A stretch of 63,030 nucleotides of DNA, filler included, from Deltaproteobacteria bacterium (GTDB taxonomy: Bacteria > JAUYMQ01), in NCBI GenBank assembly GCA_030698575.1. It is 7 parts of 7 records of this genome, joined end to end, with 100 filler letters (N's around TTAATTAATTAA, not from the genome) between each part and the next. Parts side by side here need not be neighbours in the genome. Positions count along the whole stretch, not along the records: positions 24,291 to 38,070 come from JAUYMQ010000378.1; positions 38,171 to 41,463 come from JAUYMQ010000379.1; 5 more parts are not named here. The stretch is one strand, 5' to 3'. Below, piece after piece: positions 31,072-41,030 of the stretch. Position numbers and translations under genes: made by a program. The notes beneath the pieces are model-generated. The model was not told the origin of the DNA, ran no database searches, and saw only the letters and a list, made by a program, of their open reading frames with translations. The first letter of the stretch is position 1, and every line of letters begins with the position of its first letter.

Positions 31072-31186
31072 TGGACTATCAGACTCCCGCCGGTCGCCTC
31101 GTTTAGAGCGCGCACCCCGGAGCCGGCCTGTTTCGGGATTGCGCTTGATCCTTATAGATAATCGGCAGCCGCCCCGAAACCTCGAT

Positions 31187-31312
31187 CTTTTCCCCGCGGT
31201 GTGCCGCCCTCACGAAGAGGGGCTTTGCGCAGGTTCTTCAGGGGTTTGGGGGTTCCGGTGCTCGCCGATGCCGTCTCACGGGCCCGGCGAACGTCACCCG
31301 GCTGGGGAAAAG
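31187..31312. ncRNA. Candidate structured RNA / multi-hairpin element in the rpoN-ptsN intergenic region
   Basis: Terminal inverted repeat CTTTTCCCC / GGGGAAAAG encloses internal hairpins GCCCTC..GAGGGGC and TCGCCG..CGGCGA, plus a GU-rich stem. Confidence 0.3.
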
Positions 31313-31331
31313 GAGCAGAGGGAGACGCGCG

Positions 31332-32756
31332 TCAGTGGGGCGCGGCTTTGCGCTTCGTGCTGGAAAGAATGCCGAGAATCTCGCGATACTTCGTCACGGT
31401 ACGGCGGGCGATCTCGATGTCGCTCTTCTTCAGGATCTCGACGATCTTCTGGTCGCTCAGGGGCCGCTTGGAGCTTTCCGCGACAATGATCCTCCGGATC
31501 TTGTCCTTCACCGCCTCGGACGCCATGTGTTCGCCGCCCGTGAGATTGATTCCGCTGTTGAAGAAGTACTTCAGCTCGTAGATCCCCTGGGGCGTATGGA
31601 CGTATTTGTTCGTCGTGACCCGGCTGATGGTGGACTCGTGCATGCCGATGTCGTCCGCCACGTCGCGAAGATTCAGCGGCTTCAGCAGGTTGATCCCCTT
31701 GTCGAAGAAGTCCCGCTGGAACTTCACGATCGACTCCATCACCTTGTAGATCGTCCGCTGGCGCTGATGGATCGACTTGATCAGCCACACCGCCGACCTG
31801 AGCTTCTCCTGGATGTATTCCTTCGTGACCTTGCTCGTGCTCGAATTGCCGTGGAGGACGTCCCGGTAGAACGGGCTTATCCGGAGCTTGGGCATCCCGT
31901 CTTCGTTCAGGACGATGACGTAGTCCTCACCCACCTTGTGCAGGTAGATGTCAGGGGTGATGTAGAAAGGTTCCTGCTCGGAGAAGGGGCGGCCGGGCTT
32001 GGGCTCCAGCCCCTGGATGACCCTGGCCGCCTCGACGACCTTCTCGACGGGAACAGCCAGTGATTTCGCGATGCCGCGGTAGTCCGCGCGCTCCATGCGG
32101 GATAAGTGCCCACTCACGATATTCTCAACGAGAGAGCCCCGCAGACCGATTGGACCCAGCTGTAAGAGCAGGCACTCCTTCAGATCACGCGCCGCAACCC
32201 CGAGGGGATCGAACTCCTGCACGCGCCGCAACACTTCCTCGACCGCCGCCACATCAGCGTCCGCCACCTCGGCGATGTGCTCCAGCGTCTCCTCCAGGTA
32301 GCCGTCCTCGTTCAGGTTGCCGATGATGAGCGCGCCGATGGTCTGCTGGTCTTCGCCCAGATTCGACATCTTGAGCTGCCACATGACGTGGTCGGAGAGG
32401 CTGGCTTTCTTGACGAGGGTGCTTTCGAGCGAGGGGCGATCTGATTCGATATCGGCGGGCTTGTATCCGATGGAGGAGTAAGTGTCGAGGTAGCTGTCCC
32501 AGTCGATGTCGGGCAGCTTTTGTTCCGCTTCCGGCGCGACGTTGTCGGCGCCCAGCTCGATCGACTCCTTCTTGGTCTGCGCCTCGTCCTCGTAGTCCGG
32601 GGCGTCTTCGAGGATGGGGTTTTCCTGAAGCTCGGCTGAGACGAGATCGACCAGCTCCATCCGGTTGAGCTGGAGGAGCCTGATGGCTTGCTGCAGCTGG
32701 GGCGTCATCACCAGCTGCTGCGTGAGTTTCAGGCTCTGTTTGATCTCAAGCGCCAT
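31332..32756 (-). CDS. rpoN: RNA polymerase sigma-54 factor
   Basis: QQLVMTPQLQQAIRLLQL, HESTISR, RpoN box ARRTVTKYRE. Confidence 0.97.
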   Translation of the reverse strand: MALEIKQSLKLTQQLVMTPQLQQAIRLLQLNRMELVDLVSAELQENPILEDAPDYEDEAQTKKESIELGADNVAPEAEQKLPDIDWDSYLDTYSSIGYKPADIESDRPSLESTLVKKASLSDHVMWQLKMSNLGEDQQTIGALIIGNLNEDGYLEETLEHIAEVADADVAAVEEVLRRVQEFDPLGVAARDLKECLLLQLGPIGLRGSLVENIVSGHLSRMERADYRGIAKSLAVPVEKVVEAARVIQGLEPKPGRPFSEQEPFYITPDIYLHKVGEDYVIVLNEDGMPKLRISPFYRDVLHGNSSTSKVTKEYIQEKLRSAVWLIKSIHQRQRTIYKVMESIVKFQRDFFDKGINLLKPLNLRDVADDIGMHESTISRVTTNKYVHTPQGIYELKYFFNSGINLTGGEHMASEAVKDKIRRIIVAESSKRPLSDQKIVEILKKSDIEIARRTVTKYREILGILSSTKRKAAPH

Positions 32757-32838
32757 AGGGTCTCTTTTCCGCAGTTACCAGATTAAGCCGTGCCTGATGA
32801 AACCGTCCGAGCGGGCCCCGCCGGTTGGCGGGCGCCGG

Positions 32839-33561
32839 CTACAAAGTGAAATCGTGGCCCAGATAAATCTCCCGTGCCTTGGGACTGCTCGCAATGCGCT
32901 CCGGCTCACCCTCTTCGACGATCTTGCCGTCCGCGATGATGTAGGCCTTGTCACACACCTTCAGGGTGTCGCGCACGTTGTGGTCAGAGATCAGGACCCC
33001 GATTCCCCGCGACTTCAGCTGCGCGATGATCCGCTTGATGTCGGCCACCGCCAGCGGATCGATCCCCGCAAAGGGCTCGTCGAGGAGCATGAAGCGCGGC
33101 GAGATGACCAGTGCCCGCGTTATCTCGAGGCGCCTTCGCTCACCGCCCGAAAGACTGAAGGCCATGTTGCGCCGGAGCGGCGTGAGATCCAGTTCCTCCA
33201 GGAGCATCTCGAGGCGCCGCTTCCGCTCACTCGTTTTGATCGGGAGCGTCTCGAGAATGGCTTTTATGTTGTCCTCCACCGAGAGCTTCCGGAAAACCGA
33301 CGGCTCCTGGGGGAGGTAGGTGATCCCCTGGCGCGCCCGCTTGTACATGGGCTCCTGGGTGATGTCCCTGTCGCCGAGAAAAACCTGGCCGGCGTCCGGC
33401 TTCATCAGTCCCACCACCATGTAGAAGCTGGTGGTCTTTCCCGCGCCGTTGGGGCCGAGCAGGCCGACGACCTCGCCCCCCTTCACCGCGAAGCCCACGT
33501 CGTTCACGACGCGGCGGCCGCCGAAGCTCTTGCACAGCCCTCTCGCGGCGATGTAGCTCAT
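32839..33561 (-). CDS. lptB: LPS export ABC transporter ATPase
   Basis: [36 protein letters not shown]. Confidence 0.95.
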   Translation of the reverse strand: MSYIAARGLCKSFGGRRVVNDVGFAVKGGEVVGLLGPNGAGKTTSFYMVVGLMKPDAGQVFLGDRDITQEPMYKRARQGITYLPQEPSVFRKLSVEDNIKAILETLPIKTSERKRRLEMLLEELDLTPLRRNMAFSLSGGERRRLEITRALVISPRFMLLDEPFAGIDPLAVADIKRIIAQLKSRGIGVLISDHNVRDTLKVCDKAYIIADGKIVEEGEPERIASSPKAREIYLGHDFTL

Positions 33562-34658
33562 GGGCTAGTTACCCCCGTCCCCGATCGCGCGGCGGCTGCG
33601 CCGCCCCCCTGGTCGAGAGTCTGCATGCCCTGGGGGCTGATCGTGACCGTTGCCTGGCGGACGGTGAAGCGGTTGTCTTCCAGGTAGACGCTGATCTTGT
33701 CGCCGAGCACCGTGTCAGAGCCCCGCTTGACGACCGGATCACCCGTCAGGTCGATTCTTCCCTCCGCGCTGTAGTAGATCCCTTGATCGCAAGTCGCAGT
33801 GATCTTCTCGGAGGCGTTCCCGCCCTTGCCGTCGCCCTCGTGAATGATCCGCACGTTCCGGTCGGCGATGATCTTGTTGATGCCCTTGCCGTCCGAGGAG
33901 TAGAGCACCGTCATGACGTCGCAGTAGATCCGCAGCCTGCCCTGCTTCGCCTCGACGTTTCCGCGGAAAACCACGGTATTTCGCTTGTTAATCGCCTCCA
34001 GCGTGTCCGATGTGATGGCGATCGGCGTCCTGTTGTCCCGAACCCTGAGACCGAGGGGGTCCTTCACCCCCGAATCTCCCGTCGCCCCCGCTCTGGCGCG
34101 GCTATTAGAAGAATCGGCCGCCCCGCCGGAAACTTGACCCTCCCCTGTGTCGCCCCCGGATATCGCTTCCGGCGCTGCCGGCTCCAGGCTACGGCCGACC
34201 TCGGCCGCCAGATTGGGAAGCTTCCCGATCAGATCCTCCCGGCCCGCGCCCTCGCGGAAGAAGGCCGCCTTTGATTTGCCGTCATCCGGGTCGTACAGCC
34301 GTGCATCGAAGCTGTAGGTGCCCCCGAGCTGCGTCAGGCTGCCATAGAGCACGTAGGTCGCTCCGGCCCCGGCCGCCGTTTTCCCGAGCGCCTCGTTCGT
34401 GAGCGGACTGGAAGCCGCATCCTCCGCCCCCTCCGGCGCCGTCACCGCAACGAACCCCTGCAGGTCGTCCAGCGCGTCCGCGAGCTTCGCGCGAACTTCC
34501 TTCGCGGCGGACTGGAGCGTCGGCAGACTGCCGTGCACCTCCAGGGGCGCCACGGCTATCTTGATGTCCCCCTGGATGCCCCGGGCAGGTCCCGGAATGA
34601 AAAACGTTGCCAATAGGGCGAGTACGATCGCCCCTCCCCCCCCACGCTTCGTTCTCAT
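33558..34658 (-). CDS. lptA: LPS transport periplasmic protein LptA with an extra N-terminal CsgG/TolB-N-like domain
   Basis: C-terminal OstA-like PIAITSD...[11 protein letters not shown]...LTGDP...GDKI, located between lptC and lptB. N-terminal IAVAPL...[18 protein letters not shown] domain after a signal peptide. Confidence 0.8.
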   Translation of the reverse strand: MRTKRGGGGAIVLALLATFFIPGPARGIQGDIKIAVAPLEVHGSLPTLQSAAKEVRAKLADALDDLQGFVAVTAPEGAEDAASSPLTNEALGKTAAGAGATYVLYGSLTQLGGTYSFDARLYDPDDGKSKAAFFREGAGREDLIGKLPNLAAEVGRSLEPAAPEAISGGDTGEGQVSGGAADSSNSRARAGATGDSGVKDPLGLRVRDNRTPIAITSDTLEAINKRNTVVFRGNVEAKQGRLRIYCDVMTVLYSSDGKGINKIIADRNVRIIHEGDGKGGNASEKITATCDQGIYYSAEGRIDLTGDPVVKRGSDTVLGDKISVYLEDNRFTVRQATVTISPQGMQTLDQGGGAAAARSGTGVTSP

Positions 34659-35215
34659 CAGTTCCCCGTCGCCCGGACCTGGTTCAGCAGCTCGACGGTC
34701 TCTCTCTCGACATCGACCGTCATGCCAATCCCCTCGGTCTCGAACCCGCTGCCGACGATCTTGACCGGATCGCCAGTCGTGATTTCACGTTTCTCGTAGG
34801 TGTACTTCAGTGTGGATGTGAAGAATTCGAGCCCATCGCTCGACCGGCCCCGAATGTCACCAGCGGCCGTCATGTCGCGTGTGTCCGTGTCCAGCTCCCC
34901 GCTGTTGCTGTACAGATGCATCTCCCGCCCGTCCCTCGCAAAGAAGGTGATGTGAACGCCTTCGAAGGCCGCGCGGTTCTTGTCCTTGAAGAGCCGGGCG
35001 GTGCGGGATTGCACCACCCAGTTGCGCTTCCCCTGGCGGCTGTCGACGAACTTCACGTTCGTCATGACCATGTCCGCCTTGGGCAGCTGAAGGGTCGCCT
35101 TTCGATCTTCCTGGCGCTCGCCCTCGCCCACGTTGCGGAGAAGCGAGAAGGCGATGGAGCCCACGGTGAAGACCAAAAGGAAGGAGAGCAGGGTCGTCAG
35201 CCGCCTCACCACCAC
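34658..35215 (-). CDS. lptC: LPS export periplasmic protein LptC
   Basis: N-terminal TM, beta-jellyroll-like sequence, position upstream of lptA/lptB. Confidence 0.85.
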   Translation of the reverse strand: MVVRRLTTLLSFLLVFTVGSIAFSLLRNVGEGERQEDRKATLQLPKADMVMTNVKFVDSRQGKRNWVVQSRTARLFKDKNRAAFEGVHITFFARDGREMHLYSNSGELDTDTRDMTAAGDIRGRSSDGLEFFTSTLKYTYEKREITTGDPVKIVGSGFETEGIGMTVDVERETVELLNQVRATGN

Positions 35216-35354
35216 TCTCCCGAACGTCGAAGGGGAAAAGGGCCGTTTATTACCGCCGGCCGCATTTCGTGCTTCCGATGGCCCATGATCTGAACGCCCG
35301 GTAAGCTAGAAAGTTTAGGTAGTTCAGGAACTTGCCGGGTCAGGTGGGGACCCT

Positions 35355-35370
35355 AGCACAATGCGTGCCA
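35355..35370 (-). promoter_or_regulatory. Putative sigma54 promoter facing lptC-lptA-lptB-rpoN
   Basis: Minus strand TGGCACGCATTGTGCT (GG-N10-GC). Confidence 0.5.
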
Positions 35371-35406
35371 GCCTGTAAAGAAGAATGAAGGGGCGGTGAT
35401 GCAAGT

Positions 35407-35422
35407 TGGCGTGATAGTTGCA
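35407..35422 (+). promoter_or_regulatory. Putative sigma54 promoter on the plus strand, facing the 3' end of lpxL
   Basis: TGGCGTGATAGTTGCA (GG-N10-GC). Confidence 0.4.
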
Positions 35423-35470
35423 TGATAAGCGTCGAACCCCACGGGAACTGAGGGGCTTTCCCATCTCCCC

Positions 35471-36457
35471 TTAACGTGTCGCTCCGACGGCCCGCGGCCC
35501 CGGCGCCGCGGACTGGGCCTCGTCCGGCGGGCGCCGACGCCAGCGGCGGTGCATCCAGACCCACTGCTCCGGCACGCGCCGGATCTGCGCCTCGATTCTC
35601 CGCGTGAACTCCGCTGTCGCCAGCCTCTGATCCGCTTCGGGGTCGCCGGTTTGTGGAAGCTCGACCGGCCCCGAGTAAATGATGCGGTGCCGCCCGTCGG
35701 GCAGCCGCTCGATGAATCCCACGATCACCGGCGCATCCATCCGGTAGGCAAGAGACGCGGCCGCGACCGGCGTGTTCGCGGGCTTCCCGAAGAAATCCAC
35801 GAACACGCTCTGAACCTTCGTGTCCTGATCGATCAGCATCGCGAGCACTTCGTTCTGCCGGAACGCGCGAATGAGGTCGCGGATGGAGCGCGCGTCGCCG
35901 CGCTCGACTGTCCGGACGCCGTTTTCGGCCCGGATACCCACGAGTATCTCCTGCATCCGCCGGTCGTAGGCGTGCCGCGAGATCGCGTTGACCTTGTAGT
36001 GCTGGTAGCGCGCGAAGTAGGAGGCGAGGATCTCCCAGTTTCCGAGGTGACCCGTGACCCAGATGAGCCCCTTGCCGCCTTCCAGGCAGCGGTCGATCCC
36101 GGCGCGATCCTGCAGCTCGACGTAGGTATCGAGGCGGTCCCACATCTTCCGGAAGTTGGCGAGTTCGACGAAGTTCAGCGCGAGGTGGACGAAGCTCCGC
36201 CGGGCGATGCGCCGGCGCTCCGAAGGGGTTTTCTCGCCCCCGAAGGCGATCTCGAGATGGCGGAGCGCCTTCGCGCGCTCCGGCCAGAGCAGGTAGTAGG
36301 CCAGGTTCCCCGCCACCCGGCCGAGCGCCATGCCGACCCGGATCGGAAGCAGGCGCAGCGCGCCGAGCACCCCGCGGAACCCCAGGAAGATCAGCTCGTT
36401 CCTGCCGCGCTTGATCGCGCGCCGCAGCCGACGGGGGAGGAAGCGCCGCCTAGCCAA
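35471..36457 (-). CDS. lpxL: Lipid A biosynthesis late acyltransferase (LpxL/HtrB family)
   Basis: GHLGNWE, LIDQD, FFGKPA, PEQWVWMHRRW. Confidence 0.88.
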   Translation of the reverse strand: MARRRFLPRRLRRAIKRGRNELIFLGFRGVLGALRLLPIRVGMALGRVAGNLAYYLLWPERAKALRHLEIAFGGEKTPSERRRIARRSFVHLALNFVELANFRKMWDRLDTYVELQDRAGIDRCLEGGKGLIWVTGHLGNWEILASYFARYQHYKVNAISRHAYDRRMQEILVGIRAENGVRTVERGDARSIRDLIRAFRQNEVLAMLIDQDTKVQSVFVDFFGKPANTPVAAASLAYRMDAPVIVGFIERLPDGRHRIIYSGPVELPQTGDPEADQRLATAEFTRRIEAQIRRVPEQWVWMHRRWRRRPPDEAQSAAPGPRAVGATR

Positions 36458-37370
36458 CCCATACCTCCACCGGCATGGCCGCGGTGTTGAAGGCGGCGCC
36501 CACCCCTCCGCGGCGATCGACCGTGATCACCCCGCACTCGCACCCCGCGGCCGTGGCGGCCTCGATGGCCCGGGCGGCGGCGCTGCTTGCATCGAGATCC
36601 CGCAGGAGCGCCTCGGTCTGCCGCGCGACCTGGGTCCGCAGAATCTCCTCCCCCTGCCCTGTCGCCGAGACGGCGCCGCCGGGGCCCACGAAGGTGCCGG
36701 CGCCGGGAAAGGCGCTGTCCCCCACGCGACCGCGGAGCTTCAGCCAGACGCCGCCCGTGCTGGTCGCCGCCGCCGCACGTCCGTGACGATCCAGCGCCAC
36801 AGCACCCACGGTGCCGGGCGTGCCGCGAACTTCCGGATGCGCCCGCACGAGTTCGACGAGATTCTCGTAACCCGGGGGTCCCTTTGCGCCGCGCCCCGGG
36901 TCCCTGCGCGCGGCGGCCAGGATCGCGCGCCGGAGTTTGCGCCACTGCGCCCGCCGCTCCGGCGTCAGGGTCTTCCAGTCGTCAAAGCCGCGCTGCCGCG
37001 CGAAGGCCACCGCACCCGGGCCGGCCAGCAGCCAGTGGGGCGTCTCTTCAAGGACGCGCCTCGCGACGCGCACCGGGTTGCGCACGCCGGTGATGGCCGC
37101 GACGGCGCCGAAGCGATCCCCGTCTTCCATGATCGATGCGTCCATCTCCACCCGGCCGTCCCAGGTGAGCACCGACCCGGTGCCCGCGTTGAAGCGCGCA
37201 TCGTCCTCGAGCAGCGCCACCGCGCGCTCAACGGCGTCCAGCGCGGCGCCGCCCGCAGCGAGAACCGTCGCGCCGGCCTCCATGGCGGCCCGGAGCACGG
37301 CGTGGCGCGCGGCGGGATCTTCCTGATCAGCGCGGCCCGCGCCGCCGTGCACCGCGAGCGCGCAGCTCAA
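36450..37370 (-). CDS. iaaA: Isoaspartyl peptidase / L-asparaginase (Ntn hydrolase)
   Basis: AVHGGAG, FNAGTGS, GTVGAVA, TSTGG, GRVGDS, ATGQGE. TTG start overlaps the upstream stop. Confidence 0.88.
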   Translation of the reverse strand: MSCALAVHGGAGRADQEDPAARHAVLRAAMEAGATVLAAGGAALDAVERAVALLEDDARFNAGTGSVLTWDGRVEMDASIMEDGDRFGAVAAITGVRNPVRVARRVLEETPHWLLAGPGAVAFARQRGFDDWKTLTPERRAQWRKLRRAILAAARRDPGRGAKGPPGYENLVELVRAHPEVRGTPGTVGAVALDRHGRAAAATSTGGVWLKLRGRVGDSAFPGAGTFVGPGGAVSATGQGEEILRTQVARQTEALLRDLDASSAAARAIEAATAAGCECGVITVDRRGGVGAAFNTAAMPVEVWVG

Positions 37371-38070
37371 GAATTCTCCAGAAAGCTTCCGAGCATGCGC
37401 GCGTACAGGCGGCCGGCCTCCTGCAACTCCTCGACGCGCACGTGCTCGTTGGCCGCGTGGGCCTGCGCGAGATCGCCCGGCCCCAGAATGAGCGACGGTA
37501 TCCGGGCCGAATGGATCAGGAAGCGGGCGTCGGTGGTGCCGGGGAGCGCCATTCGCCGGGGGCTGAAGCCGCCCGCCCGCAAGGCCTCCTCGGCGAGCCG
37601 CACCACCTCGCTCTCTCCCGGGATCTCGGACGGGGGCGCGAACACGCCGTACTCGATCCTGGCCTTGAAATCCGGATGGGCGCGGCGAACCTCGGCCACG
37701 GCCGCATTGATCTCGCGCCGGAGCTGCGCCGGCTTTTCTCCCGGAAGAATTCGCCGATCGAACTCGATGACGCACTCGGGGGGGACCACGTTCGATCGGA
37801 CGCCTCCGTGGATCTTCGTGACGACCAGGGTGGGGCGCCCGAGGAGCGGGTGCCGCGCATCGAAGCGCATGCGGGAGAGGCGCTCGACGAGGTGGGCCGC
37901 ATGGCGAATGGCGTTCACCCCCCGTTCGGGCATAGACGAATGGGCGGCGCGTCCCAGCACGGTGACCCTGCCGCGCAGCGTCCCCTTCGCCGCCAGCACC
38001 GGCTGCAGGCTCGTCGGTTCGCCCACCACCGCCAGGCTCGCGCGCACGAGCCCCTTCGCGACGAGGTATC
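37367..38070 (-). CDS. M20 family metallopeptidase (ArgE/DapE-like); 5' end cut by contig end
   Basis: VGEPT, GRAAHSS, NVVP, GTTDA, GPGDLAQAHAANE. Confidence 0.88.
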
Positions 38071-38170
38071 NNNNNNNNNNNNNNNNNNNNNNNNNNNNNN
38101 NNNNNNNNNNNNNNTTAATTAATTAANNNNNNNNNNNNNNNNNNNNNNNNNNNNNNNNNNNNNNNNNNNN
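38071..38170. other. Artificial contig spacer
   Basis: N-TTAATTAATTAA-N linker. Confidence 0.98.
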
Positions 38171-38642
38171 CCTGGATCTCGTCGAGGAAGCGCCTGTCAT
38201 GGAAGCGGAAACGTTGGATCTCAGCGAAGAGATTTCTGACGAAACCGAGCTCCTCACGGAGCTACCCGAGGGTGAAGCGGTCGAGGACGACGGGGTTGCG
38301 CTGGAGGGAGAGGATCTCCCGGAGGCGCTTATCGAGGAACTCACCGAGGAGATGCCCGATCTGGATATCCCCATGGAGCCCGTCCGGGAAGACGCGGATT
38401 CGGATGAGAGTCTCGAGCTGATCGAATCGGGTTTCCAGCCAATCGATTTCACCACGGAGGTCACCGAACTCGCGGAGCGGGGGAATATCGAAGACGAGTG
38501 GGAGATTGTCGCTGTGGGCTCTCCCACGCGCCTCGGCCCTGCCAGCTTCTCGATCCCGCTCGAAATCCGGGAAGCCGGGCATCCGGTGCGTGAAGCGCAC
38601 ATCACCATCACGCTGAGCGGCCCGTCGACGAAACCAAGATGA
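38171..38642 (+). CDS. C-terminal part of a highly acidic hypothetical protein; 5' end cut by contig end
   Basis: Open frame from the contig edge, Glu/Asp-rich, ends in a short beta-rich segment. ATGA overlap with the next gene. Confidence 0.65.
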
Positions 38643-40999
38643 GTGACACCTCCCCCACCCGCCTGGCGCTCGTTGGCGCCGGCCCCGAAGCCCTCCCGCT
38701 GCTTGAAGGCATTCTCACCGACAAGCGCGTCGAGCTCGTGGCTATTCTCGATCCCGAGCCCGAAGAGGCGTTCGTCCTCGTGCGATCGCACCTCGAGGAG
38801 AACGCGCCGGCGCTGCTTCAGGGTTTCCATCCGCTGATCGAAAGTGATCCCGGCCGTATCGCGCGCGAGCAACCACCTGACGTGATCGTCGACGCAATGC
38901 CCCCCGGCACAGGAAACCTCGCGGGGAGGCTGCGGCAGGCGCTCGGCCCCCGCGCCGTCCAGCAAATGAACGCCCTCTCCGCGCGGCTCATCTGGGGCCC
39001 GCGGCCAGGCGAAGAACCGGCGGGCGCGCAGCCCGTCGGCCGGCGGCGCGTGCTGCGCAGCCTGCACGAGATCATCCGTGCACAGAACCTCGCCATCGGT
39101 GAGGAAGATCTTCTCGCTCTCATCCTCGACACCGCAGTGCGAACAACCGGCGCCGATCGCGGCTCGCTCATGCTCATTGACCCCGCCGACAACCAGTTGA
39201 AAGTCAGGGTTGCGAAGGGGATCGAGGCGGAACTGATCCCAAAAATCCGCTTCCCCGTGGGTGAGGGGATCGCGGGCAAGGTGGCGCAGCAGGGCGTGCC
39301 CATCCGGATCAGCGGGAAGGCCGACCCTCAGAAGTTCCACATCCTGCGCGACCGGGACGACGTGCTGAGCGCGCTGAGCGTCCCGCTCATCGCGGAGGAA
39401 AAGGTCTTCGGCGTGCTCAATGTTTCGAGCACGCACCGCGGCAAGGAATTTTCCGAAGACGATCTTTCCTTCCTGATGGAGCTGGCCGGCCTCGAGGCGC
39501 AGATCATCGTGCGATCGGAAGAGGTGCGCGAGCTGCGGGACAGCGTCGAAAAATTCCGGACCGACAAACAGGTGAATCAGATCCTGGCGAGCGTCCTCCC
39601 CCTGGAGGACCGGCTGGCCCGGGTCTGCGCGCTCGTTTGCAAATGGATTCCGGGCGCGAGCTGCGCCGTTTATCTTCCGGATGAAACCGGCGCGCTCCAG
39701 GCGCGGGCGGCCGCGCCGGAGCAGAGCCGGGAGGCGGGCAGAGCCGGGCTTGGGGGAGATGCAGCCGTCGCGCGCTGGGCCTTCCAGGAAGGCCGCGCGG
39801 CCGTGCTGCGCGGTGATCCGCGGGCCCGGGCCGGCGGCGCGCAGGCGCGAATGGCCTACGCCGCGCTTCCGCTGGTCGCCAACGAGAAGAGTGTCGGGGT
39901 GCTGGTCGCCCAGGTGGTCTCAGCGAGGGGGCTGGATGAGCGGGAGGAGAACATCCTGCGCGGAGTGGCCGAGCCCATCGCCGACGCGGTCTCGTTGTCA
40001 CTCCGGGAGGAATCGATCACGCACTACGCAACCCAGGTGGGCGCGATCAACGAGGCGGGCCTCAGGCTGCTCGCCACCGACGACCTCGACGAGCTTGTCA
40101 AGATGATCACATCTTCGGCCGGCATGATCCTGCAGTGCGACGCCTGCGTGCTGCGCCTGCGCGACGCCGAGAGCGGCCGCTACACCATCCGGAGCTACTT
40201 CGGCTCATCCGACGCCAAGCTGCAGAAGAGCCTCTTCGCCTTCGACAAGAAATTCGTCATCCGGCTGCTGCGGCGGAAGGAGCCCATTCTCGTCTCTGCT
40301 GTCGACGCCGACCCCGAGCTTGGCGCCGATGATCCATCGGTGCGGGGCGCGCTCGGCGTGCCGTTGCGCCATCCGAACGGGATGCTCGGGACGCTTTCCC
40401 TCTACGACAAGATGGTCCCGAACTCGTTCTACCCCGTCCCCTTCTCGCCGGAGGATCGCGAGATCCTGGTGCGCTTCGCCGGCTTCGTCGAGCGTGCCGT
40501 CCTGCAGGCCATCATGGCCGAGCGATCGAGAAAACATGATCTGCTCGACGAGGCCACGGGACTTCCGAACCGGAGCTACCTCGAACGCCGCCTGGGCGAG
40601 GAGTTGGCTAGAGCAAAGCGCTCGGGGCGGCAGATCGGGCTCATGACCTGCCGGCTGGCGAACCACGGGGAGTTCAGCGAGCGTGCCGGCGAGGAAGCCG
40701 GCCGGCGGCTCGTCGTCAAGCTGAGTGAGACGTTGCGCGACAACCTCCGCGGCTTCGACATCGTGGCCCGCACGGAGGAGCTGGCCTTCGGCATCCTTTT
40801 CCCGGAGCCGGGGCTCGACGCGAAGGAGGCCATCACGCGCCTCTCGGTGTCGTTGAACGACGCGGTGCAGGCCGACCTGCCGCCGGACACGCCCATGAAG
40901 GTGCAGCTCCACTTCGGCTATGCCTTCCACCCCGAGGACGGCGACACCGCCGAGACCCTCTGGGAGAAGGCCTCGCAGATTCGCATTCGCACGCAATAG
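38639..40999 (+). CDS. Multi-GAF sensor protein with a degenerate GGDEF domain
   Basis: N-terminal Rossmann-like LALVGAG, about three GAF domains (GEGIAGKVA, LSVPL..GVLNV), DEATGLPNR, RGFD I-site, EELAF in place of GGDEF. Confidence 0.85.
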   Translation: MSDTSPTRLALVGAGPEALPLLEGILTDKRVELVAILDPEPEEAFVLVRSHLEENAPALLQGFHPLIESDPGRIAREQPPDVIVDAMPPGTGNLAGRLRQALGPRAVQQMNALSARLIWGPRPGEEPAGAQPVGRRRVLRSLHEIIRAQNLAIGEEDLLALILDTAVRTTGADRGSLMLIDPADNQLKVRVAKGIEAELIPKIRFPVGEGIAGKVAQQGVPIRISGKADPQKFHILRDRDDVLSALSVPLIAEEKVFGVLNVSSTHRGKEFSEDDLSFLMELAGLEAQIIVRSEEVRELRDSVEKFRTDKQVNQILASVLPLEDRLARVCALVCKWIPGASCAVYLPDETGALQARAAAPEQSREAGRAGLGGDAAVARWAFQEGRAAVLRGDPRARAGGAQARMAYAALPLVANEKSVGVLVAQVVSARGLDEREENILRGVAEPIADAVSLSLREESITHYATQVGAINEAGLRLLATDDLDELVKMITSSAGMILQCDACVLRLRDAESGRYTIRSYFGSSDAKLQKSLFAFDKKFVIRLLRRKEPILVSAVDADPELGADDPSVRGALGVPLRHPNGMLGTLSLYDKMVPNSFYPVPFSPEDREILVRFAGFVERAVLQAIMAERSRKHDLLDEATGLPNRSYLERRLGEELARAKRSGRQIGLMTCRLANHGEFSERAGEEAGRRLVVKLSETLRDNLRGFDIVARTEELAFGILFPEPGLDAKEAITRLSVSLNDAVQADLPPDTPMKVQLHFGYAFHPEDGDTAETLWEKASQIRIRTQ

Positions 41000-41030
41000 A
41001 TCCCCGCGCCGCGAGATATCACTGCCCTGA

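Noticed and set aside
37371-37775. Long N-terminal extension on the asparaginase ORF
   Set aside because: Overlaps the M20 peptidase in another frame; the family N-terminus (AVHGGAG) begins right after TTG 37370.
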